NCBI GenBank assembly: GCA_963826535.1
Contig: CAWGXL010000002.1
Coordinates: forward strand, 30,503 to 94,502
DNA length: 64,000 bases
Source of the DNA: an uncultured bacterium
Lineage (GTDB): Bacteria; Patescibacteriota; Microgenomatia; Levybacterales; UBA12049
Direction of reading: 5' to 3'
The number at the start of each line of letters is the position of its first letter. The first letter of the stretch is position 1. The notes beneath the pieces were generated by a model that was not told the DNA's origin, ran no database searches, and worked only from the letters and a program-made list of their open reading frames with translations. Below are positions 18,234 through 28,164 of this stretch, piece by piece. The position numbers and the translations under genes were made by a program.

Positions 18234-19535
18234 ATGGTAAAAAAGTCAGTCCTCATCATCGGCAACCTAGCCCGCGAACATGCCCTGGGTTGGAAACTTA
18301 AACAATCTGCCAAAGTAGGAAAAATTTATTTTGCTCCCGGAAATGTGGGCACTGGTCTAATTGGTGAGAATACAGGAATTGATGCCCTTGATATTAAGTC
18401 ATTAGTAAAATTTGCTAAAACGCATAATATTTATTTGACCGTTGCCGGCCCTGACGCATCGCTTGCTGCCGGAGTAGTTGACGAGTTTAAAAAAGCTAAA
18501 ATGAAAATTTTCGGACCCACTAAGAATGCGGCACAAATTGAATCATCAAAAGCCTTTTCGAAACAGTTGATGAAAGAAGAAAATATCCCGACAGCAGTTT
18601 TTAAAAAATTTACCGATCCCTCAAAAGCCAACAAATATGTCAAAACACTAAGCTTGCCGATTGTCATAAAAGCCAGTGGATTGGCATCGGGTAAAGGAGT
18701 AATTATCGCAAAAACCTTAGACGTAGCGCAAAGATTAATTGATGATATTTTAATTAAGAAAATCTTCGGAGAATCAGGCAATGAAATAATCATTGAAGAA
18801 TTTTTAGAAGGCCATGAAATTTCCATCCACGCTTTTTGTGACGGAAAAACCGTTTCAGTATTTCCTGTAAGTAAAGATCACAAGTCTATTTTTGAAAACA
18901 ACCTCGGGCCAAACACCGGCGGCATGGGAACGATTGCACCTGTGCCGGGTTTAAATAAATCTTTTTTGAAAGAAGTAAATCAAACAATTGTTCAACCGGC
19001 TCTCAATGGCATGAAGAAAAAAGGAATTACCTTTACCGGTTGTTTATATCCGGGATTAATTTTAACCAAACAAGGACCAAAAGTACTCGAATTTAATTCC
19101 CGTTTTGGCGACCCGGAAATGGAATCTTACATGAGGATTTTAGAGACCGATATTTTTGATATTTTAGAAGCATGTGTCAACAGTACACTTTCTCAACTGA
19201 ATATCAAATGGAAAAAACAATTCGCATGTTGTATAGTCCTTGCATCCGCTGGTTATCCAGGAACAGTAAAGACAGGAGAAATTATACATGGCCTTAAACT
19301 TACTCCTCCCTTGATAAAGGGAGGTCGGGAGGGATTTAATAATGACGTTGCAGTATTCCATTTCGGAACCAAAATTGAAAATGGGAACTTAGTCACAAAT
19401 GGCGGCAGGGTCCTCGGCATAACAGCAATCGGAAATACTTTGGATCAGGCTTTAGATAAAGCATATGCTATGATTGGAGAAAAAGGAATCCATTTTTCGG
19501 GAATGCAATATAGACGGGATATTGGAAGATCATGA
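18234..19535 (+). CDS. purD: phosphoribosylamine--glycine ligase (GAR synthetase)
   Basis: The PurD N-terminus reads MVKKSVLIIGNLAREHALGWKLKQSAKVGKIYFAPGNVGT. The ATP-grasp body is present. The C-terminus reads ...NGGRVLGITAIGNTLDQALDKAY. The track ORF begins at an upstream TTG (18201), and ATG 18234 is the more likely start. Confidence 0.85.
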   Translation: MVKKSVLIIGNLAREHALGWKLKQSAKVGKIYFAPGNVGTGLIGENTGIDALDIKSLVKFAKTHNIYLTVAGPDASLAAGVVDEFKKAKMKIFGPTKNAAQIESSKAFSKQLMKEENIPTAVFKKFTDPSKANKYVKTLSLPIVIKASGLASGKGVIIAKTLDVAQRLIDDILIKKIFGESGNEIIIEEFLEGHEISIHAFCDGKTVSVFPVSKDHKSIFENNLGPNTGGMGTIAPVPGLNKSFLKEVNQTIVQPALNGMKKKGITFTGCLYPGLILTKQGPKVLEFNSRFGDPEMESYMRILETDIFDILEACVNSTLSQLNIKWKKQFACCIVLASAGYPGTVKTGEIIHGLKLTPPLIKGGREGFNNDVAVFHFGTKIENGNLVTNGGRVLGITAIGNTLDQALDKAYAMIGEKGIHFSGMQYRRDIGRS

Positions 19536-22534
19536 AAAACCAAACAGCAAGAATAGAAATATTTTCAAAAGTATTTGATACGCGGGCTGTGACATCAAAG
19601 AACCGATTGATAAAACTGAGTTTAGTAACTGGAGATATTGATCTGTGGATTTCCGATGTCTATACGATTGATAAAACTTTTACCTCACCCCAACTTCAGA
19701 GGATTGCATCAATGCTCGCAAACCCTGTAATCCAAGACACAGTCATCCGTAAACAATTTGAAACTAAAACGTTTGACAATACTAAGCCATTTTCTTTCGC
19801 AATCGAGATCGGATTTCTTCCCGGTGTTACCGATAATGTAGCTAATACTGCGCGGGAAGGGATTGAAGATTTATTAAAAACAAAATTTAGTGAACAAGAA
19901 GGCGTTTATTCTTCACAACTATTTTTTCTGAAAGGAAAAATAACAGAACATGAAGCTTTAAAAATCGCCGAGAGTCTTTACAACCCACTTATCCAACGGG
20001 TTCATCTGAAAGACTTTAAAACATTTAAGAAAGATGGCGGTATGGAATTTATAGTGCCCCGCGTTATTATTACGCAAACCCCAAGTGTGACACAGGTTAA
20101 TCTTAAAGTTTCCGATAAAGAACTCCAGACAATCGGCAAATCAGGTATTGCCAACCCTGATGGAACTCGTCGCGGGCCGCTCGCCTTGAATTTGGCTTAT
20201 ATGAAAACCATACAAGCATTTTTTAAAAAGCTGGGAAGAAAACCAAACGATATAGAACTTGAATCCATTGCGCAGACCTGGTCTGAGCATTGTAAGCATA
20301 CGATTTTTGCCGATCCGATTGATGAACTCAAAGAGGGAATATTTAAAACATATATCAAAGGCGCAACCGAAAAGATTAGGAAGAAAAAGGGCAAGAGTGA
20401 TTTTTGCGTTTCCGTCTTTACCGATAATTCCGGAGCGATTGTTTTTGACGAAAAATATTTGGTAACACATAAAGTTGAAACACATAACAGTCCGTCAGCT
20501 CTTGATCCATTTGGTGGAGCAATTACAGGAATTGTTGGCGTAAACCGGGATACCATCGGATTTGGATTAGGAGCAAAGCCGGTTGCCAATTTTTATGGAT
20601 TTTGTTTTGCAGACCCCCGATTGGATATACCATTATATAAGGGAAAAAATAAAACGCAGAGAATGCTATCTAGTCAGCGTATTATGGATGGGGTTATCGC
20701 GGGCGTAAACAGCGGAGGCAACCAATCCGGAATTCCAACACCGCAGGGCTTCGTATATTTCAATGAGCGATTCCGGGGAAAACCACTCGTCATTGTAGGA
20801 ACAGTAGGGCTCATTCCCAGAAAAATAAAATCAAAATTTTCGCATGTAAAGAAGGCAAAACCCGGAGATTATATCGTCATGGTAGGTGGACGTGTTGGAA
20901 AAGACGGTGTTCATGGCGCGACATTCTCCTCAGAGGCTTTGGATTCCGGCAGTCCGGCAACATCTGTGCAGCTCGGTGATCCCATCACTCAAAAGAAATT
21001 AAGCGATGCAATAGTAAAAGAAGCGCGGGATATTCTTGCTTTTAACAGTATTACCGATAATGGCGCCGGCGGACTTTCCTGTTCGGTTGCAGAAATGGCC
21101 AAAGAGTCAGGCGGATGTCTGGTCGAACTTGAGAAAGTACCATTGAAATATCCTCATCTCGATCCATGGGAAATATGGGTTTCCGAGTCACAGGAACGAA
21201 TGACACTTGCAGTACCGAAAAAGAATTGGAAGAAGTTTTTTGATTTGATGAAAAGGCGGGGGGTTGAGGCAACAGTTATCGGAGAATTTACAGATAGCGG
21301 AAAGTGTATTGTAAAATTTAACTCAAAAACAATTATGAATATGGATTTGAACTTTTTGCATTACGGATTACCCAAGAGACCAATGAAAACGAACAAACCA
21401 CAAATCACGAATCACGAATCACGAATACCGGAAAATAAAGATTTAAATAAATCATTGCTACAAATGCTTTCAAGATTAAATATTGCGAGTTTCGAATTCA
21501 TCTCCCAACAATATGATCATATCGTGCAAGGCAATGCTGTACTTGGACCATTGCAAGGATGGGGAAAGGTTAATGGGGACACATCGGTAATAAGACCTGT
21601 TCTTTCATCTCAAAAAGGAGTGATTTTGTCTCAAGCTTTGTACCCAACATATAGCGAAATTGATCCGTATCGTATGGCAGGGGCGAATATTGATACGGCA
21701 ATTCGAAATGCAGTAGCAGCCGGCGCAAATCCTGACTATTTGTCACTTCTTGATAATTTTTGTTGGTGCAGCGCAAACGAGCCCGAGCGGCTTTATCAGT
21801 TAAAACTAGCAGCAAAAGCATGTTTCGATTTTGCCGTTGAGTATGGAACCCCATTCATTTCCGGCAAAGATAGCATGTTCAATGATTTTAATGGATTTGA
21901 TAAAGATGGTAAACCCATAAAAATTTCTGTCCTACCTACACTTCTTATTTCCTCATTCGGAGTTATTAATGACATAACCAAAGTTGTCTCACTGGATGCA
22001 AAATTGCCGGGAGATTTAGTCTATATTTTAGGCGAATCTTTTGATGAATTAGGCGGCTCTGAATATTTAGCAATGTTGAGTGAACGAGATAGAAAACAAT
22101 ATTTTAGTAAAAATATACCAAATGTTAATGCGCCGCGAAATAGGAAATTATATTCCGCATTGTATACCACAATCCAAAAGAATTTGGTTGCATCAAGCAT
22201 TAGTATAAGACATGGAGGATTGGGAGTAGCGCTGGCAAAAAAAGCGCTTGGCGGAATGCTCGGAATTACTGTTGATCTAAAACTAATTCCAGGAAACGTA
22301 AAGCGCGATGATAGTGTGTTGTATTCGGAAAGCCAAGGACGAATACTAGTTACTGTTGCGCCGGAAAATAAAACAGCATTTGAAAAGATATTTCGAGGGA
22401 ATTCATACTCGCTTGCTGGGAGGGTTACGAAAGAACCAAATATAATGATAAAAGGATTACAAGGAAATGAAATAATAAACCTTAGTTTAGCAAAAACATT
22501 GGAAGCATACAGAGAAACATTTAAAAATTTTTAA
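19532..22534 (+). CDS. purL: phosphoribosylformylglycinamidine synthase subunit PurL with an N-terminal PurS-like extension
   Basis: The 1000-aa body is PurL (FGAM synthase II), with AIRS/AIRS_C-like repeats (...VETHNSPSALDPFGGAITGIVGVNRD...) and overall co-linearity. The first ~150 aa (...LQRIASMLANPVIQDTVI...) resemble PurS (LLANTVIEDY). Confidence 0.75.
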   Translation: MKNQTARIEIFSKVFDTRAVTSKNRLIKLSLVTGDIDLWISDVYTIDKTFTSPQLQRIASMLANPVIQDTVIRKQFETKTFDNTKPFSFAIEIGFLPGVTDNVANTAREGIEDLLKTKFSEQEGVYSSQLFFLKGKITEHEALKIAESLYNPLIQRVHLKDFKTFKKDGGMEFIVPRVIITQTPSVTQVNLKVSDKELQTIGKSGIANPDGTRRGPLALNLAYMKTIQAFFKKLGRKPNDIELESIAQTWSEHCKHTIFADPIDELKEGIFKTYIKGATEKIRKKKGKSDFCVSVFTDNSGAIVFDEKYLVTHKVETHNSPSALDPFGGAITGIVGVNRDTIGFGLGAKPVANFYGFCFADPRLDIPLYKGKNKTQRMLSSQRIMDGVIAGVNSGGNQSGIPTPQGFVYFNERFRGKPLVIVGTVGLIPRKIKSKFSHVKKAKPGDYIVMVGGRVGKDGVHGATFSSEALDSGSPATSVQLGDPITQKKLSDAIVKEARDILAFNSITDNGAGGLSCSVAEMAKESGGCLVELEKVPLKYPHLDPWEIWVSESQERMTLAVPKKNWKKFFDLMKRRGVEATVIGEFTDSGKCIVKFNSKTIMNMDLNFLHYGLPKRPMKTNKPQITNHESRIPENKDLNKSLLQMLSRLNIASFEFISQQYDHIVQGNAVLGPLQGWGKVNGDTSVIRPVLSSQKGVILSQALYPTYSEIDPYRMAGANIDTAIRNAVAAGANPDYLSLLDNFCWCSANEPERLYQLKLAAKACFDFAVEYGTPFISGKDSMFNDFNGFDKDGKPIKISVLPTLLISSFGVINDITKVVSLDAKLPGDLVYILGESFDELGGSEYLAMLSERDRKQYFSKNIPNVNAPRNRKLYSALYTTIQKNLVASSISIRHGGLGVALAKKALGGMLGITVDLKLIPGNVKRDDSVLYSESQGRILVTVAPENKTAFEKIFRGNSYSLAGRVTKEPNIMIKGLQGNEIINLSLAKTLEAYRETFKNF
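21403..21423 (+). repeat. (AATCACG)x3 heptanucleotide tandem repeat inside the purL coding sequence
   Basis: aatcacg aatcacg aatcacg, encoding ...ITNHESRIP.... The 7-nt unit is not a multiple of 3. Confidence 0.8.
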
Positions 22535-22548
22535 TTGAAAATTATTTT

Positions 22549-23346
22549 ATGAAACCGAAAGTACTTGTTTTTTCAGGATACGGATTAAATTCAGAAGAAG
22601 AAACCTCTTATGGATTTGAATTGGCTGGAGCAATTGGAGATATTGTGCATGTTAATGATTTAGCTGATCGTTTATATGACCTTAATAATTATCAAATCTT
22701 AGCTTTTCCAGGTGGTTTTTCTTATGGCGATGACACAGGAGCCGGCAACGCTTATGCAAATAAACTTAGAAATCATTTGTGGGAAAAAGTTGAAAAATTT
22801 ATAAGTCAGGATAAATTGGTTATTGGAATTTGTAATGGCTGCCAAATTATTACCAATCTTGGAATTGTTCCCGCATTTTATAAAAGCTATGGAAAGCGAC
22901 AGGTCGCGCTTCTTCATAATGACTCCGCCCGCTTAGTTACACGCTGGACTGATATGAAAGTCGCGACAAAATCCCCTTGGCTTGAAGGAATAGAAATACT
23001 CTCACTCCCAATTGCACATGGAGAGGGAAAATTCTTTGCAGACAAAGAAAGCCTTAAACAGTTACATAATAAAAAACAAATAGCGCTACAATATATTCAC
23101 GGACCAATAAGTACATATCTCGATGTACCGGCTAATCCGAATGGATCGGTAGATGATATCGCAGGCATTATTGATGAAACTGGCCGTATTTTGGGACTTA
23201 TGCCACATCCCGAACGGGGGATGTTTTTCGTCCAGCGCCCGGATAGCGGTCTACTTAAAGAAAAATACAGACGGGAGAAAAAAGCGCTGCCTGAATTTTC
23301 GGATGGATTACAAATATTTAAAAATGCTGTAAACTATTTTAAATAG
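22549..23346 (+). CDS. purQ: phosphoribosylformylglycinamidine synthase glutaminase subunit PurQ
   Basis: Class-I glutamine amidotransferase with catalytic GICNGCQ and a ...MPHPER... His region. It lies immediately downstream of purL. Confidence 0.85.
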   Translation: MKPKVLVFSGYGLNSEEETSYGFELAGAIGDIVHVNDLADRLYDLNNYQILAFPGGFSYGDDTGAGNAYANKLRNHLWEKVEKFISQDKLVIGICNGCQIITNLGIVPAFYKSYGKRQVALLHNDSARLVTRWTDMKVATKSPWLEGIEILSLPIAHGEGKFFADKESLKQLHNKKQIALQYIHGPISTYLDVPANPNGSVDDIAGIIDETGRILGLMPHPERGMFFVQRPDSGLLKEKYRREKKALPEFSDGLQIFKNAVNYFK

Positions 23347-23386
23347 TACTGTTTGCAATATTGAGCTTATAGTGATATAATAATTT

Positions 23387-24400
23387 ATGGAGGCTAAAAA
23401 AGTAATCATTGGTACCCTTGGAAGCCATACAGCGCTGCAGATCCTCAAAGGCGCCAAAGATGAAGGCTTCTCCACGCTTCTAATAACTGTTCCCAAGCAT
23501 AAAGCTTTTTACTCAACATTTCCTTTTGTCGATAAGACTATTGTTATTCCTACTTTTGCAGATTTTCCATCAATAGAAAAAGAATTAATCAAAAAACAGG
23601 TAATCCTCATACCGCATGGTTCGTACGTGGCATATCTAGGATTTGAGAAAAATAAAAATATGCATGTCCCTTATTTCGGCAATAAAGACGTGTTGGATTG
23701 GGAGGAAAATAGAGACAAGCAACGTATGTGGTTGCTTTCAGCAGGCATTACTATGCCTGGACAATTTGACTTAAACGATAAAATTTTATATCCGGTTATT
23801 GTTAAGTCATTTGGAGCAGCAGGAGGAAGCGGATATTTTATGGCTAAGGATAAACCCGATTTAAAAAGCAAATTGGAAGATTTTGGACAAAAAAAATATA
23901 TTATACAGCAGTACATCGTTGGCGTTCCTCTTTACGTACACTATTTTTATTCTCCTTTGAGTGATAAGCTTGAAATAATGAGCATGGATAGAAGATATGA
24001 GACCAATGTGGATGCACTTGGCAGAGTTCCGTTTGGGATTCAAAAAGATATTGCATTAAATCCGTCTTTTGTCGTTGTCGGTAATAGCGAACTGGTGCTT
24101 CGGGAGGGAATGCTGTCAACAGCATATGATATGGGCCGAAAAGTAATTGACACCTCAAGAAAACTAATTGGCAAACGCGGAATTTTCGGCCCTTTTTGTT
24201 TGGAAACTATTATTACCCCTGACCGTAAATTTTCTGTAATTGAAATTTCCTGCAGAATAGTTGCAGGGACGAATCTATTTATTAACGGCTCCTCTTATTC
24301 TTGGTTATATTACAATGAGCCGATGAGTACTGGAAGAAGAATCGCAAGAGAAATTAAAAATGCTATTAAAGATTCTAAATTAGAATTATTGTTAGATTAA
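23387..24400 (+). CDS. purP: 5-formaminoimidazole-4-carboxamide ribonucleotide synthetase, archaeal type (PurP), copy 1
   Basis: Near co-linear with Methanocaldococcus PurP: IGTLGSHTALQILKGAKDEGFST, HYFYSPL, GPFCLE, GRRIAREIKNAI (compare TLGSHTSLHILKGAKLEGFST, HYFYSPL, GPFCLQ, GQRIAREIK). Confidence 0.8.
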   Translation: MEAKKVIIGTLGSHTALQILKGAKDEGFSTLLITVPKHKAFYSTFPFVDKTIVIPTFADFPSIEKELIKKQVILIPHGSYVAYLGFEKNKNMHVPYFGNKDVLDWEENRDKQRMWLLSAGITMPGQFDLNDKILYPVIVKSFGAAGGSGYFMAKDKPDLKSKLEDFGQKKYIIQQYIVGVPLYVHYFYSPLSDKLEIMSMDRRYETNVDALGRVPFGIQKDIALNPSFVVVGNSELVLREGMLSTAYDMGRKVIDTSRKLIGKRGIFGPFCLETIITPDRKFSVIEISCRIVAGTNLFINGSSYSWLYYNEPMSTGRRIAREIKNAIKDSKLELLLD

Positions 24401-24404
24401 CTTT

Positions 24405-25511
24405 ATGAAAAATTCTATATCAAAAAAAGATATAACAATAGCGACTCTTGGCAGTCATTCCGCTTTGGATGTGAGTAGGGGAGCCAAGGACGAAGGATTT
24501 CGTACAGTTGTCGTAGCTCAAAAAGGAAGAGAAAAAACCTACAGTCATTACTTTAAGACTTCTGGGAATACTGGTTGCGTAGACGAATGCATTGTTCTTG
24601 ATAAATTTTCAGACATTATGAATCAAGATATACAAAAACAACTTATTGACCGAAATGCAATTTTTGTCCCCAATCGTTCATTTGAAGTATATATAAATGA
24701 TTATAATGCAATAGAAAACAAATTTAATGTCCCAATGTTTGGAAATAAAAAATTGCTCAGAATTGAAGAAAGAGGTTTCAAGCCTAATCAATATGACTTG
24801 CTGGATTCTGCAAAAATTAATTACCCGAAACAGTTTAAAGATGCTATGGATATAGATCGCTTATGCATAGTTAAAGTTCTGGAAAAAGAACGAGGATTCG
24901 AAAGAGCATTCTTTCTTGCGAATAGTTATAAGGAGTATAAAAAGAAAGCTCAAAACAGAATCAAAAAGGGAGAGACTACTGAAGAATTGTTAAAAAAAGC
25001 CGTCATTGAGGAATTCGTTCCAGGTGTTCATGTTAACTTTAATTATTTCTATAGCCCACTTACTAAAACATTAGAACTACTTGGAACTGATACAAGAAGA
25101 CAAACTAATCATGAAGGAATTTACAAACTTTCTCCTGAGTATCAACAACAATACCAGAAGTTAGGCGGACGTATTAAATATGAAGAAGCAGGTCATACCG
25201 CTGTAACAGTACTTGAATCCATGCTTGAACAAGCCTTTGAAATGGGTGAGCGATTTGTTAAAGCAAGTAAAAAATTCGCTTCTCCAGGAATTATTGGACC
25301 GTTTGCATTGCAATCGATTATTATTCCCGGTCCACCAAAGAAAGATATTGTTGTTATTGACGTTTCTCCACGCATGCCTGGCTCTCCCGGTATCGCCGCA
25401 ACTCCATATAGTAAATATTTATTTGGAGAATCCATAAGCGTTGGTAGAAGAGTTGCCATGGAGATAAAAGAAGCTATAAAATTAAATAGACTAGAAGAAA
25501 TTGTAACTTAG
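24405..25511 (+). CDS. PurP-family ATP-grasp protein, paralog 2
   Basis: 368-aa ORF with IATLGSHSALDVSRGAKDEGFRT, NYFYSPL, GPFALQS and GRRVAMEIKEAI. It is more divergent than copy 1, in tandem 4 bp downstream. Confidence 0.7.
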   Translation: MKNSISKKDITIATLGSHSALDVSRGAKDEGFRTVVVAQKGREKTYSHYFKTSGNTGCVDECIVLDKFSDIMNQDIQKQLIDRNAIFVPNRSFEVYINDYNAIENKFNVPMFGNKKLLRIEERGFKPNQYDLLDSAKINYPKQFKDAMDIDRLCIVKVLEKERGFERAFFLANSYKEYKKKAQNRIKKGETTEELLKKAVIEEFVPGVHVNFNYFYSPLTKTLELLGTDTRRQTNHEGIYKLSPEYQQQYQKLGGRIKYEEAGHTAVTVLESMLEQAFEMGERFVKASKKFASPGIIGPFALQSIIIPGPPKKDIVVIDVSPRMPGSPGIAATPYSKYLFGESISVGRRVAMEIKEAIKLNRLEEIVT

Positions 25512-25520
25512 TTATTTATT

Positions 25521-26924
25521 ATGTCAAAACTTGATTTTTCAAATTATCTTTCACCATTCACCTGGCGTTACGGCTCTGAAGAAATGCGTCATATTTTTAG
25601 CGAAGAAAATAAATATAAAATCTGGCGAAAAATCTGGGTGGCTTTGGCAAGAGCAGAACATAAAGCTGGACTCTTATCCAAAGAGGAACTTGAAGATTTG
25701 GAAAAACATCAAGAAGATATTGATATTCAATCTATTCTTGAAAATGAAAAGGAAACCAAACACGATGTTGTGGCGGCAATACATGAATTTGCATATAAAG
25801 CAAAAACCGGCGGGGGGAAAATACACCTCGGAGCAACAAGCATGGATATAGTTGACAATACAGATGCTGTCCGGATAAAAGAAGCACTGGAATTAATTGA
25901 ACAAAAACTAAAGAAACTTCTCTCGCTTTTTAGTCAGAAAATTGAACAATATGCCTCGTTTCCTTGTATGGGATACACCCATCTGCAGCCAGCTGAGCCG
26001 ACCACTGTTGGATATCGGCTGAGTTTCTATGCTCAAGACTTATTAACTGACTTTCATTATTTACAATTCGTAAAAAATCAAATTAAGGGAAAAGGCATGA
26101 AAGGCGCGGTGGGTACTGCCGCAGCATATTCATCAGTGCTTGATGGGACAAGCGTTACCCCGGAAAATTTAGAGAAAGAAATTATGGAAGAATTGGGAAT
26201 TGATGCTGCACTTGTCTCTACACAAGTTTATCCAAGAAAATATGATTACCTTACGTTATCAGTATTGAGTAGTATTTCATCGAGTCTCGCAAAATTTGCC
26301 GGGGATATTCGAATCTTACAATCGCCCTCAATTGGAGAATGGTCAGAGCCTTTTGGAAAACAGCAAGTTGGATCATCAGCCATGCCATTTAAGAAAAACC
26401 CAATCAATTCGGAAAAAATTTGTTCACTCGCACGATTTATTGCAGCACTACCAAATGTGGCGTTAGAAAACGCAACTCTCTCTTATTTTGAGCGGACCCT
26501 GGATGACTCGGCGAATAAAAGAATTATAATCCCAGAAGCATTTTTAGCAGTTGATGAAATACTTAAGACATCTGAGAAACTTATTGATGGGTTGAGTTTA
26601 AATGAGAAAAAAATCGCATTTAACCTTTCACAATACGCGTCTTTCACAGCAACTGAAGGAATTTTAGTAGAAGCAGTTAAGAATGGAGCAAACAGACAAG
26701 AAATGCATGAGTTGCTTAGAACTATTTCATTAAAAGCATGGCAAGATGTGCAAGAAGGTAATGCAAATCCAATGATAAAGTTGCTAACTGAAAATATAAA
26801 AATTAAAAAATATGTGCCGGAAGAAAAAATACGTGGCCTATTGGATGTTAGCCAACATATTGGCAATGCACCCGATCGCGCAAAGCAATTAGTTAATAAA
26901 ATAAAACAAGAAGTACGCTTATGA
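25521..26924 (+). CDS. purB: adenylosuccinate lyase
   Basis: Fumarate-lyase superfamily signature GSSAMPFKKNP and PurB-like length (467 aa). Confidence 0.85.
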   Translation: MSKLDFSNYLSPFTWRYGSEEMRHIFSEENKYKIWRKIWVALARAEHKAGLLSKEELEDLEKHQEDIDIQSILENEKETKHDVVAAIHEFAYKAKTGGGKIHLGATSMDIVDNTDAVRIKEALELIEQKLKKLLSLFSQKIEQYASFPCMGYTHLQPAEPTTVGYRLSFYAQDLLTDFHYLQFVKNQIKGKGMKGAVGTAAAYSSVLDGTSVTPENLEKEIMEELGIDAALVSTQVYPRKYDYLTLSVLSSISSSLAKFAGDIRILQSPSIGEWSEPFGKQQVGSSAMPFKKNPINSEKICSLARFIAALPNVALENATLSYFERTLDDSANKRIIIPEAFLAVDEILKTSEKLIDGLSLNEKKIAFNLSQYASFTATEGILVEAVKNGANRQEMHELLRTISLKAWQDVQEGNANPMIKLLTENIKIKKYVPEEKIRGLLDVSQHIGNAPDRAKQLVNKIKQEVRL

Positions 26925-28048
26925 AAGATAGAATCGGCATAGTTGGAGGCGGGCAACTCGGACGAATGCTTTCATTTGCGGCAAAAAGGATGGGATTTAC
27001 AGTTACAATAATTGACCCAACCCCTCACTCACCAGCAGGACAAGTTGTAGATCGGGAAATCGTTGCAGGTTATAACGACGAAAAAGCTATTAGGGAACTA
27101 GCATCAGTTTCTGATTTTATTACCTTTGATATAGAGCTGGCAAACGCAAAACTTCTTGATGAACTTTCTGAAAATGGATTACAGGTAAACCCTTCCGCAA
27201 AAACATTGACTGTCATCAAAGATAAATTATCACAAAACAAATTTTTAAAAAAAGTTGGAATACCTGTTGCTAATTTTGCTGCAGTTGAAACTATGGAAGA
27301 TATTTTGGCTGCTATAAAACAATTCGGCTATCCAATAGTACTTAAAGCCCGCTTTGATGCCTATGACGGACGCGGGAATGCATTGATCAAAACAGAAAGT
27401 GATATAGAGCAAGGATTAAATAAACTGAAGAATAGAAAGTTATACGTAGAGAAATTTGTTCCCTTTGCCAAAGAATTAGCAATTGTGGTAGCACGAAATT
27501 TACAGGGCGAAATAGCAACATATCCTGTCGTAGAAACAGTCCATAGAAATAATATTTGTCATATAGTTTCTGCGCCCGCTCCTATTGATAAAAATATTGC
27601 CGGACAAGCGAAAGATTTGGCAATTCAGACAATGCGGCATTTAGAAGGAGCAGGTGTATTTGGTATAGAAATGTTTTTAACCAAAGACGGAAAAGTATTG
27701 GTAAACGAAATTGCGCCACGTGTTCATAATTCAGGACATTTTACTATAGAAGCCTGTGTTACTTCGCAATTCGAACAGCATATTAGAGCCATAACCGGCT
27801 TACCTCTTGGCTCTACAGATTTGATTGTTCCTTTTGCAGTGATGGTAAATATTTTGGGAGATAGAAGCGGAAAAGCAGAAATAAAGGGCTTAGAAAAAGC
27901 ATTAGCTATTACTAATGTAGCAGTACATATTTATGGAAAAACTGAAACCAGACCGGAACGCAAGATGGGGCATGTGACAGCGACTGGGAAAACACTGAAT
28001 GAAGCATTTGAAAAGGCAACTAGGGCGAGAAGTTATATAACAATATAA
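26921..28048 (+). CDS. purK: N5-carboxyaminoimidazole ribonucleotide synthetase
   Basis: ATP-grasp protein with IGIVGGGQLGRML and APRVHNSGH motifs. It is immediately upstream of purE. Confidence 0.8.
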   Translation: MKDRIGIVGGGQLGRMLSFAAKRMGFTVTIIDPTPHSPAGQVVDREIVAGYNDEKAIRELASVSDFITFDIELANAKLLDELSENGLQVNPSAKTLTVIKDKLSQNKFLKKVGIPVANFAAVETMEDILAAIKQFGYPIVLKARFDAYDGRGNALIKTESDIEQGLNKLKNRKLYVEKFVPFAKELAIVVARNLQGEIATYPVVETVHRNNICHIVSAPAPIDKNIAGQAKDLAIQTMRHLEGAGVFGIEMFLTKDGKVLVNEIAPRVHNSGHFTIEACVTSQFEQHIRAITGLPLGSTDLIVPFAVMVNILGDRSGKAEIKGLEKALAITNVAVHIYGKTETRPERKMGHVTATGKTLNEAFEKATRARSYITI

Positions 28049-28164
28049 AAAAAACGTTTTGGATTTTAGATTTTGGTCATTTGACATTGTTTCGGATTTG
28101 GCGCTTTGGTATTAGAATTTTAATTGATTTATAGAAATGTTATACTTTTAGTAGTTTTAATATT

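Noticed and set aside
20141-20589. Antisense ORFs of 114 and 130 aa inside purL. Similar ones occur inside purD, purB, ppsA and the giant gene.
   Set aside because: They are shadow ORFs embedded in genes with unambiguous homology-supported frames.
21403-21423. (AATCACG)x3 as a CRISPR-like or other repeat array
   Set aside because: Only three 7-nt units inside a well-supported coding frame. No spacers and no cas genes anywhere in the window. It is recorded only as a coding microsatellite.
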